This document shows positions 9,583-19,653 of a stretch of DNA of 64,000 nt, one piece after another. Below the pieces are notes generated by a model. The model searched no databases. It saw nothing but the letters and a program-made list of their open reading frames with translations, and was not told where the DNA came from. How positions within the stretch are numbered: the first letter of the stretch is position 1; each line of letters starts with the position of its first letter. Source of the DNA: an uncultured Fibrobacteria bacterium (GTDB lineage: Bacteria; Fibrobacterota; Fibrobacteria; UBA11236); assembly GCA_963716395.1 (NCBI GenBank), contig OY970309.1, positions 736,001-800,000 on the forward strand, in the 5' to 3' direction. The translations under genes and the position numbers were made by a program.

Positions 9583-12500
9583 ATGCGCCTGTCGCATCTT
9601 AGCATCGACCGCCCGGTCCTCACCATCGTGATTTCCCTGTTTTTGGGGGTGCTCGGAATTATCGCCATTCCCCAGCTGGGCGTCCGGGAATTCCCCTCGG
9701 TGGATCCGCCCATCATCACCGTGACTACCAATTACGGGGGCGCCAGCGCCGACGTGGTCGCCAACGAGATTACCGAGCCCCTGGAAGAATCCGTGAACGG
9801 AGTGGCCGGCATCCGCTCCATCTCCTCGGTGAGCCGTGAGGGCAGCAGCACCATCACGGTGGAATTCACGCTGGCCACCGATCTGGAAACCGCGGCCAAT
9901 GACGTGCGCGATCGGGTTTCCCGTGTCATCAAAAACCTGCCGGCCGACGCCGATCCGCCGACAGTGGCCAAGGCCGATGCCAACTCCTTTCCCATTCTGC
10001 TCATGACGGTGCAAAGCGACACGCGCGACATACTCGACGTATCCTACATGGGCACCCAGTTGGCTGAACGCCTGGAGACCATTCCCGGTGTGGCTTCAGT
10101 GGGTATTTGGGGTGAAAAGCAATACGCCATGCGTCTGTATCTGGATCCCGTCAAGCTGGCGGCGCACGGCCTGACCTTGGACGACGTGCAGGCGGCTTTG
10201 AACCAAGAGGACGTGGAATTGCCTTCCGGACTTTTGGAAGGCAAAACCGTTGAACTCACGGTCAACTCGCCCGGATTGATGGATTCCCCGGAGGACTTCA
10301 ATAATCTGGTGCTTCGCTCGGCCGCCAACGGTGGTTTGGTCCGGCTCAAAGACGTGGGCCAGGCGCATCTGGGCGCGCTGAACGAACGCTCAACATTGAA
10401 AATGAACGGAACGCCTATGGTCGGCTTGGGGCTCATCGCCCAACCCGGCGCCAACAGCATCGCTATCGGCAACGAGTTCTACAAACGCTATGCCCAGTTC
10501 AAAAAAGATTTGCCGCCCGACATAAAGATCAATGTTGGTTTCGACGGCACGACGTTTGTGCGCCAATCGCTCAAAGAAGTGGCGAAAACACTTGGGATTG
10601 CCTTTTTGCTCGTGATGCTGGTGCTGTTCTTTTTCCTGCGTGACGTCCGCTCCGCCCTGATTCCGGCTTTGGCCATTCCCGTATCCCTAATCGGCTCGCT
10701 GTTTCTGCTGTACAGCGCGGGATTCACCATCAATGTGCTCACCTTGCTCGGCCTGGTGCTGGCTATCGGCTTGGTGGTCGACGACGCCATCGTCGTGTTG
10801 GAAAACGTATACCGCAAAATCGAACGCGGTGAACCGCCCCTGCAAGCGGGCTACAGTGGGTTGGAAGAAATCTTTTTGGCCGTCATATCCACCACGGCAG
10901 TGCTGGCCGTGGTGTTTCTGCCCCTGTTTTTCATGTCCGGTTTCGTGGGCCGCCTGTTCCGCGAATTCGGGCTGGCCGTGGCGGGATCGGTGGTGCTTTC
11001 CGCTGTAGTGTCCCTGACTCTGACGCCCATGCTGTCCACCCGCATTCTGCGCCGCAAGCATTCCGGTCTGTATATGCGCACCGAACCCGCGTTTCAAAAA
11101 TTCTACACCGGTTACGCCCGCGCCTTGGGCGCGGTTCTGCACCATCGGGTGCTGGCCACCTCCTTGATCCTGGCCACGTTCGCGGGCTGTTTTCTTCTGG
11201 TTCACAATTTGAAATCGGAACTCGCACCGCTGGAAGATCGCGGCAATTTCAATATGATCGTCACCGCCCCCGAAGGCACCAACTACAGCGTCACGGAAAA
11301 GATCGTGGATCAATTGAACCGCTTGGCCGATAAGATTCCGGAGGCCGACGGCGTTCTGTCGGTGATCGGATTTCACGGCGGGACTAATACCGGTTTCGCC
11401 CGCGTATTTCTCAAAGATGCCGACAAACGCTCGCGCAGCCAGCAGCAAATCGTGAACACCCTGTATCCCGTCGTGAAGAAGATCACCCAGGCACGCGCTA
11501 TTCTGACGCAGGATGAAACCATTCAGACCGGTGGCTCCCATCTCGGCCTGCCCGTGCAATTCGTGATCGAAGCCCCCAATTTCGACAGCTTGGCCGAGGC
11601 GCTACCCCGCTTTGAAGCCGTTGTGCGCCAAGACAAAACCTTCGGAATGGTGGATGAGGACCTGAAGTTCACCCAGCCGCAATTGGACATCGCCGTTAAC
11701 CGGGATCGGCTGAACAGCCTCGGTGTGTCGTATTACAATGTCGCCCAGGCCTTGCTGCTGGCCTTGGGCGAGTCGCGGGTCGGTTATTTCCTGAAAGACG
11801 GGCGGCAATTCCAAGTGCTGGCGCAAGTACCCGACGCCTATCGCGGTGCGCCCGCCGACATCAACGCCATCCAGGTGCGCAGCAACGACGGCCACCTTAT
11901 TCCCCTGGGAAACCTGATTCAGTATCATGAGCATGCGGCGCCGCCGCAACTGTTCCATTACAACCGCGCATTTTCCGCCACGGTTTCCGCCACCTTAGCG
12001 CCGGGCATGGCCATGGGGGACGGCATCGCGGCCATGCGCCGGGCCGCCGCAAAAACGTTGAACTCGTCCTTCACCACCGAATTGGCCGGGCCGGCGCGCG
12101 ACTATGCCGAAAGTTCCTCCAGCCTCATCTTCGTGTTCATTCTGGCCCTGGTCTTGATCTATCTCGTGCTGGCCGCGCAGTTCGAAAGTTTCCGCGATCC
12201 GGCCATCATTCTCCTCACCGTGCCCCTGTCGCTTTTCGGCGCATTGTTGACGCTGTTTATTTTCCACCAAACCCTGAATATTTTCAGTGAAATCGGTTTG
12301 GTCATGCTCATCGGCCTGGTCACCAAAAACGGCATTCTCATCGTCGAGTTCACGCGCCAGAACGTGGAAAAGGGATTGCCCCTGGAGCAAGCCGTCATGC
12401 AGGCTTCCGAGACGCGTCTGCGGCCGATTCTCATGACGACCTTGACCGCCGCCTTGGGAATGCTGCCCATCGCCCTGGCTACGGGATCCGGAGCCGAAAG

Positions 12501-12630
12501 CCGAAGGCCCATGGGAATCGCGGTGGTCGGCGGTCTGATCTTCGGCATGGTGCTCACTTTGTTCGTCATTCCCACCATGACCATGCTGCTCCACAAAGCC
12601 CGCCATTCCGGACCTGCGCATGCTGCTTAA
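9583..12630 (+). CDS. RND efflux permease (AcrB/MdtB family)
   Basis: 1015 aa; SIDRPV, GLVVDDAIVVLEN, GLVTKNGILIVEF, RLRPILMTT. Confidence 0.96.
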   Translation: MRLSHLSIDRPVLTIVISLFLGVLGIIAIPQLGVREFPSVDPPIITVTTNYGGASADVVANEITEPLEESVNGVAGIRSISSVSREGSSTITVEFTLATDLETAANDVRDRVSRVIKNLPADADPPTVAKADANSFPILLMTVQSDTRDILDVSYMGTQLAERLETIPGVASVGIWGEKQYAMRLYLDPVKLAAHGLTLDDVQAALNQEDVELPSGLLEGKTVELTVNSPGLMDSPEDFNNLVLRSAANGGLVRLKDVGQAHLGALNERSTLKMNGTPMVGLGLIAQPGANSIAIGNEFYKRYAQFKKDLPPDIKINVGFDGTTFVRQSLKEVAKTLGIAFLLVMLVLFFFLRDVRSALIPALAIPVSLIGSLFLLYSAGFTINVLTLLGLVLAIGLVVDDAIVVLENVYRKIERGEPPLQAGYSGLEEIFLAVISTTAVLAVVFLPLFFMSGFVGRLFREFGLAVAGSVVLSAVVSLTLTPMLSTRILRRKHSGLYMRTEPAFQKFYTGYARALGAVLHHRVLATSLILATFAGCFLLVHNLKSELAPLEDRGNFNMIVTAPEGTNYSVTEKIVDQLNRLADKIPEADGVLSVIGFHGGTNTGFARVFLKDADKRSRSQQQIVNTLYPVVKKITQARAILTQDETIQTGGSHLGLPVQFVIEAPNFDSLAEALPRFEAVVRQDKTFGMVDEDLKFTQPQLDIAVNRDRLNSLGVSYYNVAQALLLALGESRVGYFLKDGRQFQVLAQVPDAYRGAPADINAIQVRSNDGHLIPLGNLIQYHEHAAPPQLFHYNRAFSATVSATLAPGMAMGDGIAAMRRAAAKTLNSSFTTELAGPARDYAESSSSLIFVFILALVLIYLVLAAQFESFRDPAIILLTVPLSLFGALLTLFIFHQTLNIFSEIGLVMLIGLVTKNGILIVEFTRQNVEKGLPLEQAVMQASETRLRPILMTTLTAALGMLPIALATGSGAESRRPMGIAVVGGLIFGMVLTLFVIPTMTMLLHKARHSGPAHAA

Positions 12631-13942
12631 AGCCATAGCATGGGCCGGGGCCGTTTGCGTAGCCGCCAGTTCCGCGGCGACTTTGACGCTGACGCAGGCC
12701 TTGCAGGAAGCCGTGGCGCACAACCCCGGCTACCGGGCGGCACATTACGACACCTATTTCGCCCAAACCACCTACGATTCCGCAATCGCCGCTTACCTCC
12801 CCACCCTGACGGCCGCAGGCGGCTATTCCAAAAGCTGGCTCGACACACATCAGGAGCGCACCGGAAACGTCGTCCAAGACAAAAATCCCACCCGTTCCAC
12901 CGCCGCCGACGCGGGCGTGAATATGGATTGGACCTTGTTCCAGGGATTTTCGGGGCCGCTGTCACGGCGCCGGTTGGAATTGCAATGGCAACAGGCGCGC
13001 ATCGCCGAATCGGGTTCGCAGGAAGATTTGGTGTCCGGCGTGGTGCTCGCCTACGCCGACCTGGTGCGGCAGGAACGTTTGCACCGCGCACTCGACACCT
13101 CGGCGGAAATTTCCGGCGAACGCGTGCGCATCTTGCAAAGCAGCTTCGCGGTGGGTGCAGCCTCGCGTTCGGACCTGCTTTCAGCGCATGTGGATTGGAA
13201 CGCGGATCGGTCCGCTTTGATCCACCAACATTCGGCCCTGCAATCGGCGCGCGTGACGCTGGGCCAAATTCTCGGACGCAGCCGCGCCGTCACCGAAGAC
13301 GTCGACAGCGTCGCGCTTCCCGACCAACAGCTTGATCTCGAAACCCTGCTGCGCGGATTGCCCGATCACCGTCCCGATCTGCAATTGGCGGAAACCAATC
13401 TCGATTTGGCCCGGGTGTCGGCGGAACTGCGGGTTTCATCCTGGCTCCCGAAGATCGACGCTTTGGCCGGATACAATTTCGGCTTGACGCAATCCGACGC
13501 CGGTCTGGTGCTTGAGAACCGTACCTTGGGGCCCAGCCTGGGCCTGCAGGCCGAATGGAGTCTGTTCACGGGCGAAATGCCCTGGCATGCCTACCATCGC
13601 GCCAAACTGGCCGTGACCTCGGCCGACCTGCGCGAACAAGCCGCGCTGGAGGCGGCCGAAGCCGAAGTGACCCAGGCGTATGAAAACTTCCACGCCGAGG
13701 ATTCGGCGCTGGTGCTGGAACGCGAAGGTCTGGGGTATGCCGAGGAAAATCTGGGGTTGACCGTAACCCGATGGAAGTCGGGATCGCTGGCCTATCTCGA
13801 TGCCCGCCGCGCTCAAGACCAATATCTCTCGGCCGTCACGCAAATGGAGAATTCGACCTACGACGCCACGCAGGCCCGCATCGATCTCTTGCGCTCGGCC
13901 GGACGTTTGGAATCTTTGCTGGGGCCGGGAAAGACGAATTAG
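12620..13942 (+). CDS. TolC family outer membrane efflux protein
   Basis: Signal peptide; LTLTQALQEAVAHNP, AYLPTL, two OEP repeats; third gene of the RND operon. Confidence 0.9.
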   Translation: MLLKAIAWAGAVCVAASSAATLTLTQALQEAVAHNPGYRAAHYDTYFAQTTYDSAIAAYLPTLTAAGGYSKSWLDTHQERTGNVVQDKNPTRSTAADAGVNMDWTLFQGFSGPLSRRRLELQWQQARIAESGSQEDLVSGVVLAYADLVRQERLHRALDTSAEISGERVRILQSSFAVGAASRSDLLSAHVDWNADRSALIHQHSALQSARVTLGQILGRSRAVTEDVDSVALPDQQLDLETLLRGLPDHRPDLQLAETNLDLARVSAELRVSSWLPKIDALAGYNFGLTQSDAGLVLENRTLGPSLGLQAEWSLFTGEMPWHAYHRAKLAVTSADLREQAALEAAEAEVTQAYENFHAEDSALVLEREGLGYAEENLGLTVTRWKSGSLAYLDARRAQDQYLSAVTQMENSTYDATQARIDLLRSAGRLESLLGPGKTN

Positions 13943-13979
13943 CCGGCTTTTCCCGCAACGGAAAAACCGGCCGGTGGGA

Positions 13980-14291
13980 TTAATGCAGTTGCGCGATGAA
14001 TCGGGTGTCTTCGAACTTCTCATCCACCGTGGTTTTGGCGCCCATTCCCTTGAGCAGCTTCATGGTGGAAAGCTGGCCGGTGCTGGCCGCAGCCAAATAG
14101 GGCGTGAAGCCTTCGGCATCATGCCCTTCGAGATCGGCTCCGGCTTTGATCAACGCCATTACCTCCTGGTTTTGACCCGTCTGGGCCGCCTGCACCAGGC
14201 GTTCATTCAAGGTCTTCTGCGAAGGCGCGAAGCCGCCCGCGCATGCGGCCAAAGTGAGCGAAGCGAATCCCAGCAACAGTTTCCGTTTCAT
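13980..14291 (-). CDS. Small ankyrin-repeat lipoprotein
   Basis: MKRKLLLGFASLTLAAC lipobox; AAQTGQ..V..LIKAGAD and GFTPYLAAASTG ankyrin repeats; RBS GGAGG. Confidence 0.85.
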   Translation of the reverse strand: MKRKLLLGFASLTLAACAGGFAPSQKTLNERLVQAAQTGQNQEVMALIKAGADLEGHDAEGFTPYLAAASTGQLSTMKLLKGMGAKTTVDEKFEDTRFIAQLH

Positions 14292-14524
14292 GGTCGTCCT
14301 CCCCTCCCGTTGCATGTCTATAGCATACCGCCAACGAAAGACGGATTCACGCGCCGCGAAATTTTTGTCCGCACTTTGACGCCTTCGCCAATTCATGGCG
14401 ATTCACGCAGGCGGCGCAGCGTCGAATCCCGCAAATACGATCAACACCGATGGACTTTGAAAAAACGCAACTACCCCGCAAAGGGTCTGGAAAGGCGTCT
14501 CTCGGTCTATACTTAGGCTTGCCC

Positions 14525-15565
14525 ATGGTTCTGCGCAAACCCGCCGTTCCCATTGCCGTCGCGCCGCCGCGGCCGGCCTCGTTCCGTCCCCTGGGATTAA
14601 CGGAGTGGGTGTCGCCGACGGGCTTGGGCGGCCTTAACTATTCGGCCTTGCCGCGCTACCGCGTGGTGGCCGGCGAACCCCGCTGCCACCGCGAATGTCT
14701 GCGCGATTTGATCCGCGAGTTCGAAAGTGAGTGCCGCCGGGAGCGCCTTCGCATCCTGTATTTCGGCCTGCCCGGCTCCCTCCGCCAATGCCTCGATCCC
14801 GAAGGCCGGCGCGGATCGCTGCATATCGGGGATCTTCCGGTCTTCGATTTGCGGCGCTGGGTGCATCGCCGGCTTTTTCCGCCGGCCGTGCAATCCCAAA
14901 TCCGCCGCGTGGAACGGCGGGGTGTGCGCGCGCGCTTTCTGAAAGTGGCGCCCACCGAAACCCACGCGTTACGTTCCTGCCTGCGGTCCTGGTTGTTGGG
15001 AAAAGGCATGCCGCCCTTGCGGTTTTTGACCGATCCCTTTCTGCTCAACCCCTGGCCCGATCAGGGGGTGTGGGCCGCCGAGGCCCGGACCGGCATTCCC
15101 TCTTTTCTCACCTGGTCGCGATCGGAATTTCACGATCTGTGGCGCATCGACATCATTGCGCGCGCGCCGGGCGCGCCCAACGGCTGCGCCGAACTGGTGG
15201 TGGCTTCGGCCTTCCAGGCCGCGGCGTTGCAGGGACATTCCCGCATCACCTTGGGGTTGGCGCCGCTGGCGCGCCGTTCGGCCACGCCGCCCCAATACAA
15301 TCCCGCGTGGTTCCGCGGCCTGGCGTATGCGGCGCGGCGTTGGGGCACCCCCTGGTACTCTTTCGCGGGCCTGGAAACCTTCAAGGCCAAATTCCGTCCC
15401 GACTTTTGGGAGCCGGTGTTCTGCGTGGGCCAACACCCCGCCTTCACGGCGCAGGATGGCGCGGCCATGCTGCGGGCCTTTACGGAAAAACCGCTGTGGC
15501 GTTACGGCTGGGAAGCGGCCTGGTGGCGGGTCGGGCGCCGCTCCACGCGCAGTTGGCCGCTGTGA
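14525..15565 (+). CDS. DUF2156 / MprF C-terminal-like aminoacyl-transferase domain protein (standalone)
   Basis: VVAGEP, RAPGAPNGCAELVV, ITLGLAPLA, YSFAGLETFKAKF.P..WEP motifs. No transmembrane flippase part. Start uncertain (TTG 14519 or ATG 14525). Confidence 0.8.
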   Translation: MVLRKPAVPIAVAPPRPASFRPLGLTEWVSPTGLGGLNYSALPRYRVVAGEPRCHRECLRDLIREFESECRRERLRILYFGLPGSLRQCLDPEGRRGSLHIGDLPVFDLRRWVHRRLFPPAVQSQIRRVERRGVRARFLKVAPTETHALRSCLRSWLLGKGMPPLRFLTDPFLLNPWPDQGVWAAEARTGIPSFLTWSRSEFHDLWRIDIIARAPGAPNGCAELVVASAFQAAALQGHSRITLGLAPLARRSATPPQYNPAWFRGLAYAARRWGTPWYSFAGLETFKAKFRPDFWEPVFCVGQHPAFTAQDGAAMLRAFTEKPLWRYGWEAAWWRVGRRSTRSWPL

Positions 15566-15639
15566 CCCGCCGCGCGCGACCGGGCGCGCAACATTTTTTT
15601 GAATCGATATTTTGATCACAAGACATTGCCGACTTCGCC

Positions 15640-15684
15640 TTGCCAGCCGGGCGTTTAAACGCTATTTTACTGCACAAATTTTCA
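15640..15684 (+). promoter_or_regulatory. sigma70 promoter of uvrA with a putative LexA-like box
   Basis: TTGCCA(15640)-N17-TATTTT(15663), then TGCAC-AAAT-TTTCA (15671-15684), which resembles the Fibrobacter SOS box TGCNC-N4-GTGCA with 2 mismatches. Confidence 0.5.
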
Positions 15685-15717
15685 CTAGGCGGGTTTTCGG
15701 GAAACGCAAAGGATAGC

Positions 15718-18700
15718 ATGGACACCCACATTCGCGTGCGCGGAGCCCGCGCCCATAACCTGAAGAACGTCGACGTCGACATTCCCAAAAACAAGCTGGT
15801 GGTGATCACCGGATTGTCGGGATCGGGAAAATCTTCGCTGGCCTTCGACACCATTTACGCCGAGGGGCAGCGTCGCTATGTCGAATCGCTGTCGGCCTAT
15901 GCGCGGCAATTCCTGGGCTTGATGGAAAAGCCCGACGTGGATTTGATCGACGGCCTGTCGCCCGCCATTTCCATCGATCAGAAAAGCGCGGGGCACAACC
16001 CCCGCTCCACCGTCGGCACCATCACCGAGGTCTACGACTATCTGCGCCTGTTGTTCGCGCGCGTGGGGCATGCGCGGAGCCCGGCCTCGGGCAAGCGCCT
16101 CAAAAACCAGAGCGTGCAGGAGATCGTCGACGCGATCCTGGCGCTGCCCGAAAGCCGCCGCGCGGCCGAAGGCGTGAAGATCATGCTCCTGGCCCCGCTG
16201 GTGAAGGATCGCAAGGGGACTTACGAAGAGCTGTTCCAGCGCTGTCTGGCGCAAGGCTTCGTGCGTGCGCGCGTCGACGGACAGGTGTACCAGTTGGAAG
16301 AGAAAATCAAACTGGATCGCTTCGTGAAGCACAACATCGAACTGGTGGTCGACCGCCTCGTCATCCGCGCCGGGGCCGGCGGCGAAACCGAGTTCCGCAA
16401 ACGCCTCACCGACTCGGTGGAATTGGCGCTCAAGCACGGCGAAGGCGAAATGCTGGTCAACCTCACGGAACAGAAAGAGGATTTGTTCTTTTCGGAAAAA
16501 CTGGTCGACCCGGCCACGGGGCAATCGTTTCCCGAAATCGAGCCGCACAGCTTTTCCTTCAACTCGCCCCATGGCGCTTGCCCGGCCTGCAACGGCCTGG
16601 GCTTCATCAAAGAAGTCGACCCGCGCGCGGTGCTCGACCCGGATCTTTCCATTAATGACGGCGGCATTTTGCCTTGGGCCGGTTCGGCGAACAACGAAGA
16701 TTCGTGGTACATGCAACTGCTCAAGCAAATCGCCAAAGACGAGAAGTTTTCGCTCGACACGCCGCTCGGCAAGTTGTCGAAGCGGCATCTCGAACTCATA
16801 CTGCACGGCACGGGCGACACGCGCTACAAGCTGAAATGGGGCGCGGCCTCGGGGCACACCAACACCTGGCATGCGCGTTACGACGGCGTGGTTAAATCTC
16901 TGAAGAAGAAATACGAGCAGACCGAAAGCGAGAGCGTACGTCGCGACCTTGAACAATACATGGACGACAAGCCCTGCGGCACTTGCCAGGGCTTGCGCCT
17001 CAAACCCGAAGCGCTGGCCGTCACCTTGCGCGGCCTGAACATCGCCGATCTCGGCGGCCTCTCCATCGACCGGGCCCACGACTGGATACGCGCCCTGCAA
17101 GAAGGCAAACCCGCCGGCGCTATGCCCGATTCCTGCCTGTATCGTTTCTACTCCTTTCCGAAAATCCGCGCCGACGAAGACGACCTGTCGCCGCAGGAGC
17201 GGCAAATCGCCAAACAGGTATTCAAAGAAATCCTCAGCCGGCTCACTTTTCTGCTCAGCGTGGGGCTGGCGTATCTCAATTTGAGCCGCACCGCGCGCAC
17301 CTTATCGGGCGGCGAAGCGCAGCGCATCCGCTTGGCCTCGCAAATCGGCACCGGCCTCACCGGAGTGCTCTACGTGCTCGACGAGCCTTCCATCGGCCTG
17401 CACCAACGCGACAACGACCGCCTGCTCAAAACCCTGCAACATCTGCGCGACCTGGGCAACAGCGTGCTGGTGGTCGAGCACGACGCCGACACCATTCGCC
17501 TGGCCGACTGGGTCATCGACATCGGTCCGGGTGCGGGCGAGCACGGCGGGCGCGTCGTGTTCAGCGGCACGCCGGAGGCGTTGACGACCTCGGGCAATAC
17601 CGACACCGGCGCCTATCTCAGCGGCCGCAGGCGCATCGATCGCGCCTCGCTTCAGGCCGAGGCCGAAATCCTGGCGCCCCGCGCCGGGGCGGTGGACCAC
17701 CATGGCAAAAGCCTCAAGCTCTCGGTGGTGGCGCACAACAATTTAAAAGGAGTAACCGCAGAGTTTCCCCTGGGGAAATTCATCGCCGTGACCGGCGTCT
17801 CGGGCAGCGGCAAGTCGTCGCTGATCAACGACGTGCTGGCGCGGGTGCTGGCGCAGAAACTGCACGGCTCCCGCCAGAAACCCGGCTCGTACCGCTCCGT
17901 CGAAGGGTTGCAGCATCTCGACAAGGCCATCGTCATCGACCAGAGCCCCATCGGACGCACGCCGCGCTCCAATCCCGCCACCTACACGGGATTGTTCGCC
18001 GGCATCCGCGATTTGTTCGCCCTGACCCAGGAGGCGAAGGTGCGCGGCTACAAGCCGGGCCGCTTCAGCTTCAATGTCAAAGGCGGGCGCTGCGAGCATT
18101 GCGAAGGCGACGGGCTCATCCGCATCGAAATGCAATTTCTGCCCGACGTGTATGTGACCTGCGAGGTGTGCAAGGGCAAGCGCTACAACCGCGATACGCT
18201 CACCGTGCTGTACAAAGGCAAGTCCATCGCCGAAGTGCTCGACATGACCGTGGAAGAGGCGCATGCCTTTTTCGCCAATCTGCCGGCCCTGGCCGGAAAG
18301 CTGAAGACTTTGCTTGAGGTGGGCCTCGGCTACATCAAGCTCGGCCAATCGGCCACCACGCTGTCGGGCGGCGAGGCCCAGCGCATGAAGCTGGCCGCGG
18401 AATTGTCGCGCCGCTCCACGGGGCGTTCCTTCTACATCCTCGACGAACCTTCGACCGGACTGCACTTCGAAGATGTGCGCAAGCTCCTGATCGTGCTGCA
18501 CTCGCTGGTGGCGCAGGGCAATACCGTGCTCGTCATCGAGCACAATCTCGACATCGTGCGCAACGCCGATTTCATTCTCGATCTCGGCCCCGAAGGCGGC
18601 GACGCCGGCGGCCGCATCATCGCCCAGGGCACGGTGGCAGAAGTGGCCGCCGCGCCGGAATCGCATACCGGCGCATGGCTGGCGAAAATGTTGGCCGAAG

Positions 18701-18759
18701 AAGGCCGGCGTAAAATTCCGCCGGCGCGCAAGCGCGAATTGGCGCGCGTCGGAAATTAA
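15718..18759 (+). CDS. uvrA: Excinuclease ABC subunit A
   Basis: GARAHNLKNV, GLSGSGKSSLAFDT, LSGGEAQRI, second Walker A GVSGSGKSS, FSFNVKGGRCEHC. Confidence 0.98.
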   Translation: MDTHIRVRGARAHNLKNVDVDIPKNKLVVITGLSGSGKSSLAFDTIYAEGQRRYVESLSAYARQFLGLMEKPDVDLIDGLSPAISIDQKSAGHNPRSTVGTITEVYDYLRLLFARVGHARSPASGKRLKNQSVQEIVDAILALPESRRAAEGVKIMLLAPLVKDRKGTYEELFQRCLAQGFVRARVDGQVYQLEEKIKLDRFVKHNIELVVDRLVIRAGAGGETEFRKRLTDSVELALKHGEGEMLVNLTEQKEDLFFSEKLVDPATGQSFPEIEPHSFSFNSPHGACPACNGLGFIKEVDPRAVLDPDLSINDGGILPWAGSANNEDSWYMQLLKQIAKDEKFSLDTPLGKLSKRHLELILHGTGDTRYKLKWGAASGHTNTWHARYDGVVKSLKKKYEQTESESVRRDLEQYMDDKPCGTCQGLRLKPEALAVTLRGLNIADLGGLSIDRAHDWIRALQEGKPAGAMPDSCLYRFYSFPKIRADEDDLSPQERQIAKQVFKEILSRLTFLLSVGLAYLNLSRTARTLSGGEAQRIRLASQIGTGLTGVLYVLDEPSIGLHQRDNDRLLKTLQHLRDLGNSVLVVEHDADTIRLADWVIDIGPGAGEHGGRVVFSGTPEALTTSGNTDTGAYLSGRRRIDRASLQAEAEILAPRAGAVDHHGKSLKLSVVAHNNLKGVTAEFPLGKFIAVTGVSGSGKSSLINDVLARVLAQKLHGSRQKPGSYRSVEGLQHLDKAIVIDQSPIGRTPRSNPATYTGLFAGIRDLFALTQEAKVRGYKPGRFSFNVKGGRCEHCEGDGLIRIEMQFLPDVYVTCEVCKGKRYNRDTLTVLYKGKSIAEVLDMTVEEAHAFFANLPALAGKLKTLLEVGLGYIKLGQSATTLSGGEAQRMKLAAELSRRSTGRSFYILDEPSTGLHFEDVRKLLIVLHSLVAQGNTVLVIEHNLDIVRNADFILDLGPEGGDAGGRIIAQGTVAEVAAAPESHTGAWLAKMLAEEGRRKIPPARKRELARVGN

Positions 18760-18935
18760 GGGTACCTCTAATAATCGCATTCCGGCTGCGGCTCCGCCTC
18801 CGGCGGACGAAGGCCTCCGGCTTCGTTGTCGGCCGCAGGCGGAGCGATATTCAAGCCATACCACCTTTCTCGCGCGCCTTGCCGGCGACCTTCTCGCTCG
18901 GCCTCGCTTTCGAAAGCCGATCATTAGAGGTACCC
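18760..18935. mobile_element. MITE/REP-like element, copy 1 (176 bp)
   Basis: Terminal inverted repeats AAGGGTACCTCTAATaATCG (18758-18777) and CGATcATTAGAGGTACCCTT (18918-18937). Internal core GCGATATTCAAGCCATA is shared with copy 2. Abuts the uvrA TAA. Confidence 0.8.
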
Positions 18936-19281
18936 TTTAGCAGCGGCCGCAGCCATCGCGTCGATTCCGCCGGTGAGCGCGACGAACGGCATGCGAATAT
19001 TGCCTACTCGTTCAACGCTTTGCGCATGTATCGCCTCTGGCGGCGCATGGTCTGTGGGAATTTCGCTGCCGATCCGCAATCGCTGGAAGCGGGCTTTCCT
19101 TTTCGCCGCGTCGAAATTTTCGGCATCGACTTCCGCGCCAATCCCACCATTACTTTCGGCTATCGCAAAATTCAAACCACCGCCGGAATTCGCAACGGGC
19201 AGCGTGCTGCCTATTTCGCTTTTTCGCTGTGAAGGATTCAATCGAAGTTAAGCGGCGCCGACAGGCGCCGAGTCGGGCGGC

Positions 19282-19578
19282 TTAATTTCCCTGCTGCGCT
19301 TGTTGCTCCGCTTCTTTGGCCAACAGTTTCTTGGCCTGGATGTCACCGCTGTTGGCCTCTTGCTGCGTTTGGGTGGGGGTTTCCGTCGCCTCCTGCAGCA
19401 TCTTCTGGGCCGTGTTGCTGATCTGGACCGTCGCCGCCGGAGTATTCCGGGGCTTTGACGTCGCGCTTGCCTGGGATGCGCTGTGATCGGAATCGCCGTC
19501 GCTGTCTTTGGAAGGCGGCTCCGTCGCGGCCGGGTTCGCGGAATAACCGGGGGCAGAAGTAATGGAATTGATATTCAT
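19282..19578 (-). CDS. Small low-complexity S/Q/A-rich hypothetical protein
   Basis: 98 aa, MNINSI...TVQISNTAQ...EATETPTQTQQEANSGDIQAKKLL. Upstream sigma28-like promoter. Confidence 0.75.
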   Translation of the reverse strand: MNINSITSAPGYSANPAATEPPSKDSDGDSDHSASQASATSKPRNTPAATVQISNTAQKMLQEATETPTQTQQEANSGDIQAKKLLAKEAEQQAQQGN

Positions 19579-19626
19579 GGCTTGGCTTTCGTTGGCGTGG
19601 ATTTCGAACTCATGCGCTCACCTTTT

Positions 19627-19653
19627 TTATCGGTGCCAAGAACTTCGACTTGA
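19627..19653 (-). promoter_or_regulatory. sigma28 (FliA)-type promoter
   Basis: Minus strand reads TCAAG-N14-ACCGATAA, about 50 nt upstream of ATG 19578. Confidence 0.65.

Noticed and set aside
18879-19251. Short overlapping ORFs after uvrA, with faint similarity to the uvrA 3' end (ATTCCGCCGG, CGGCGCATGG)
   Set aside because: No recognisable domain or RBS. The matches are about 10 nt, out of order and plausible by chance at this GC content.
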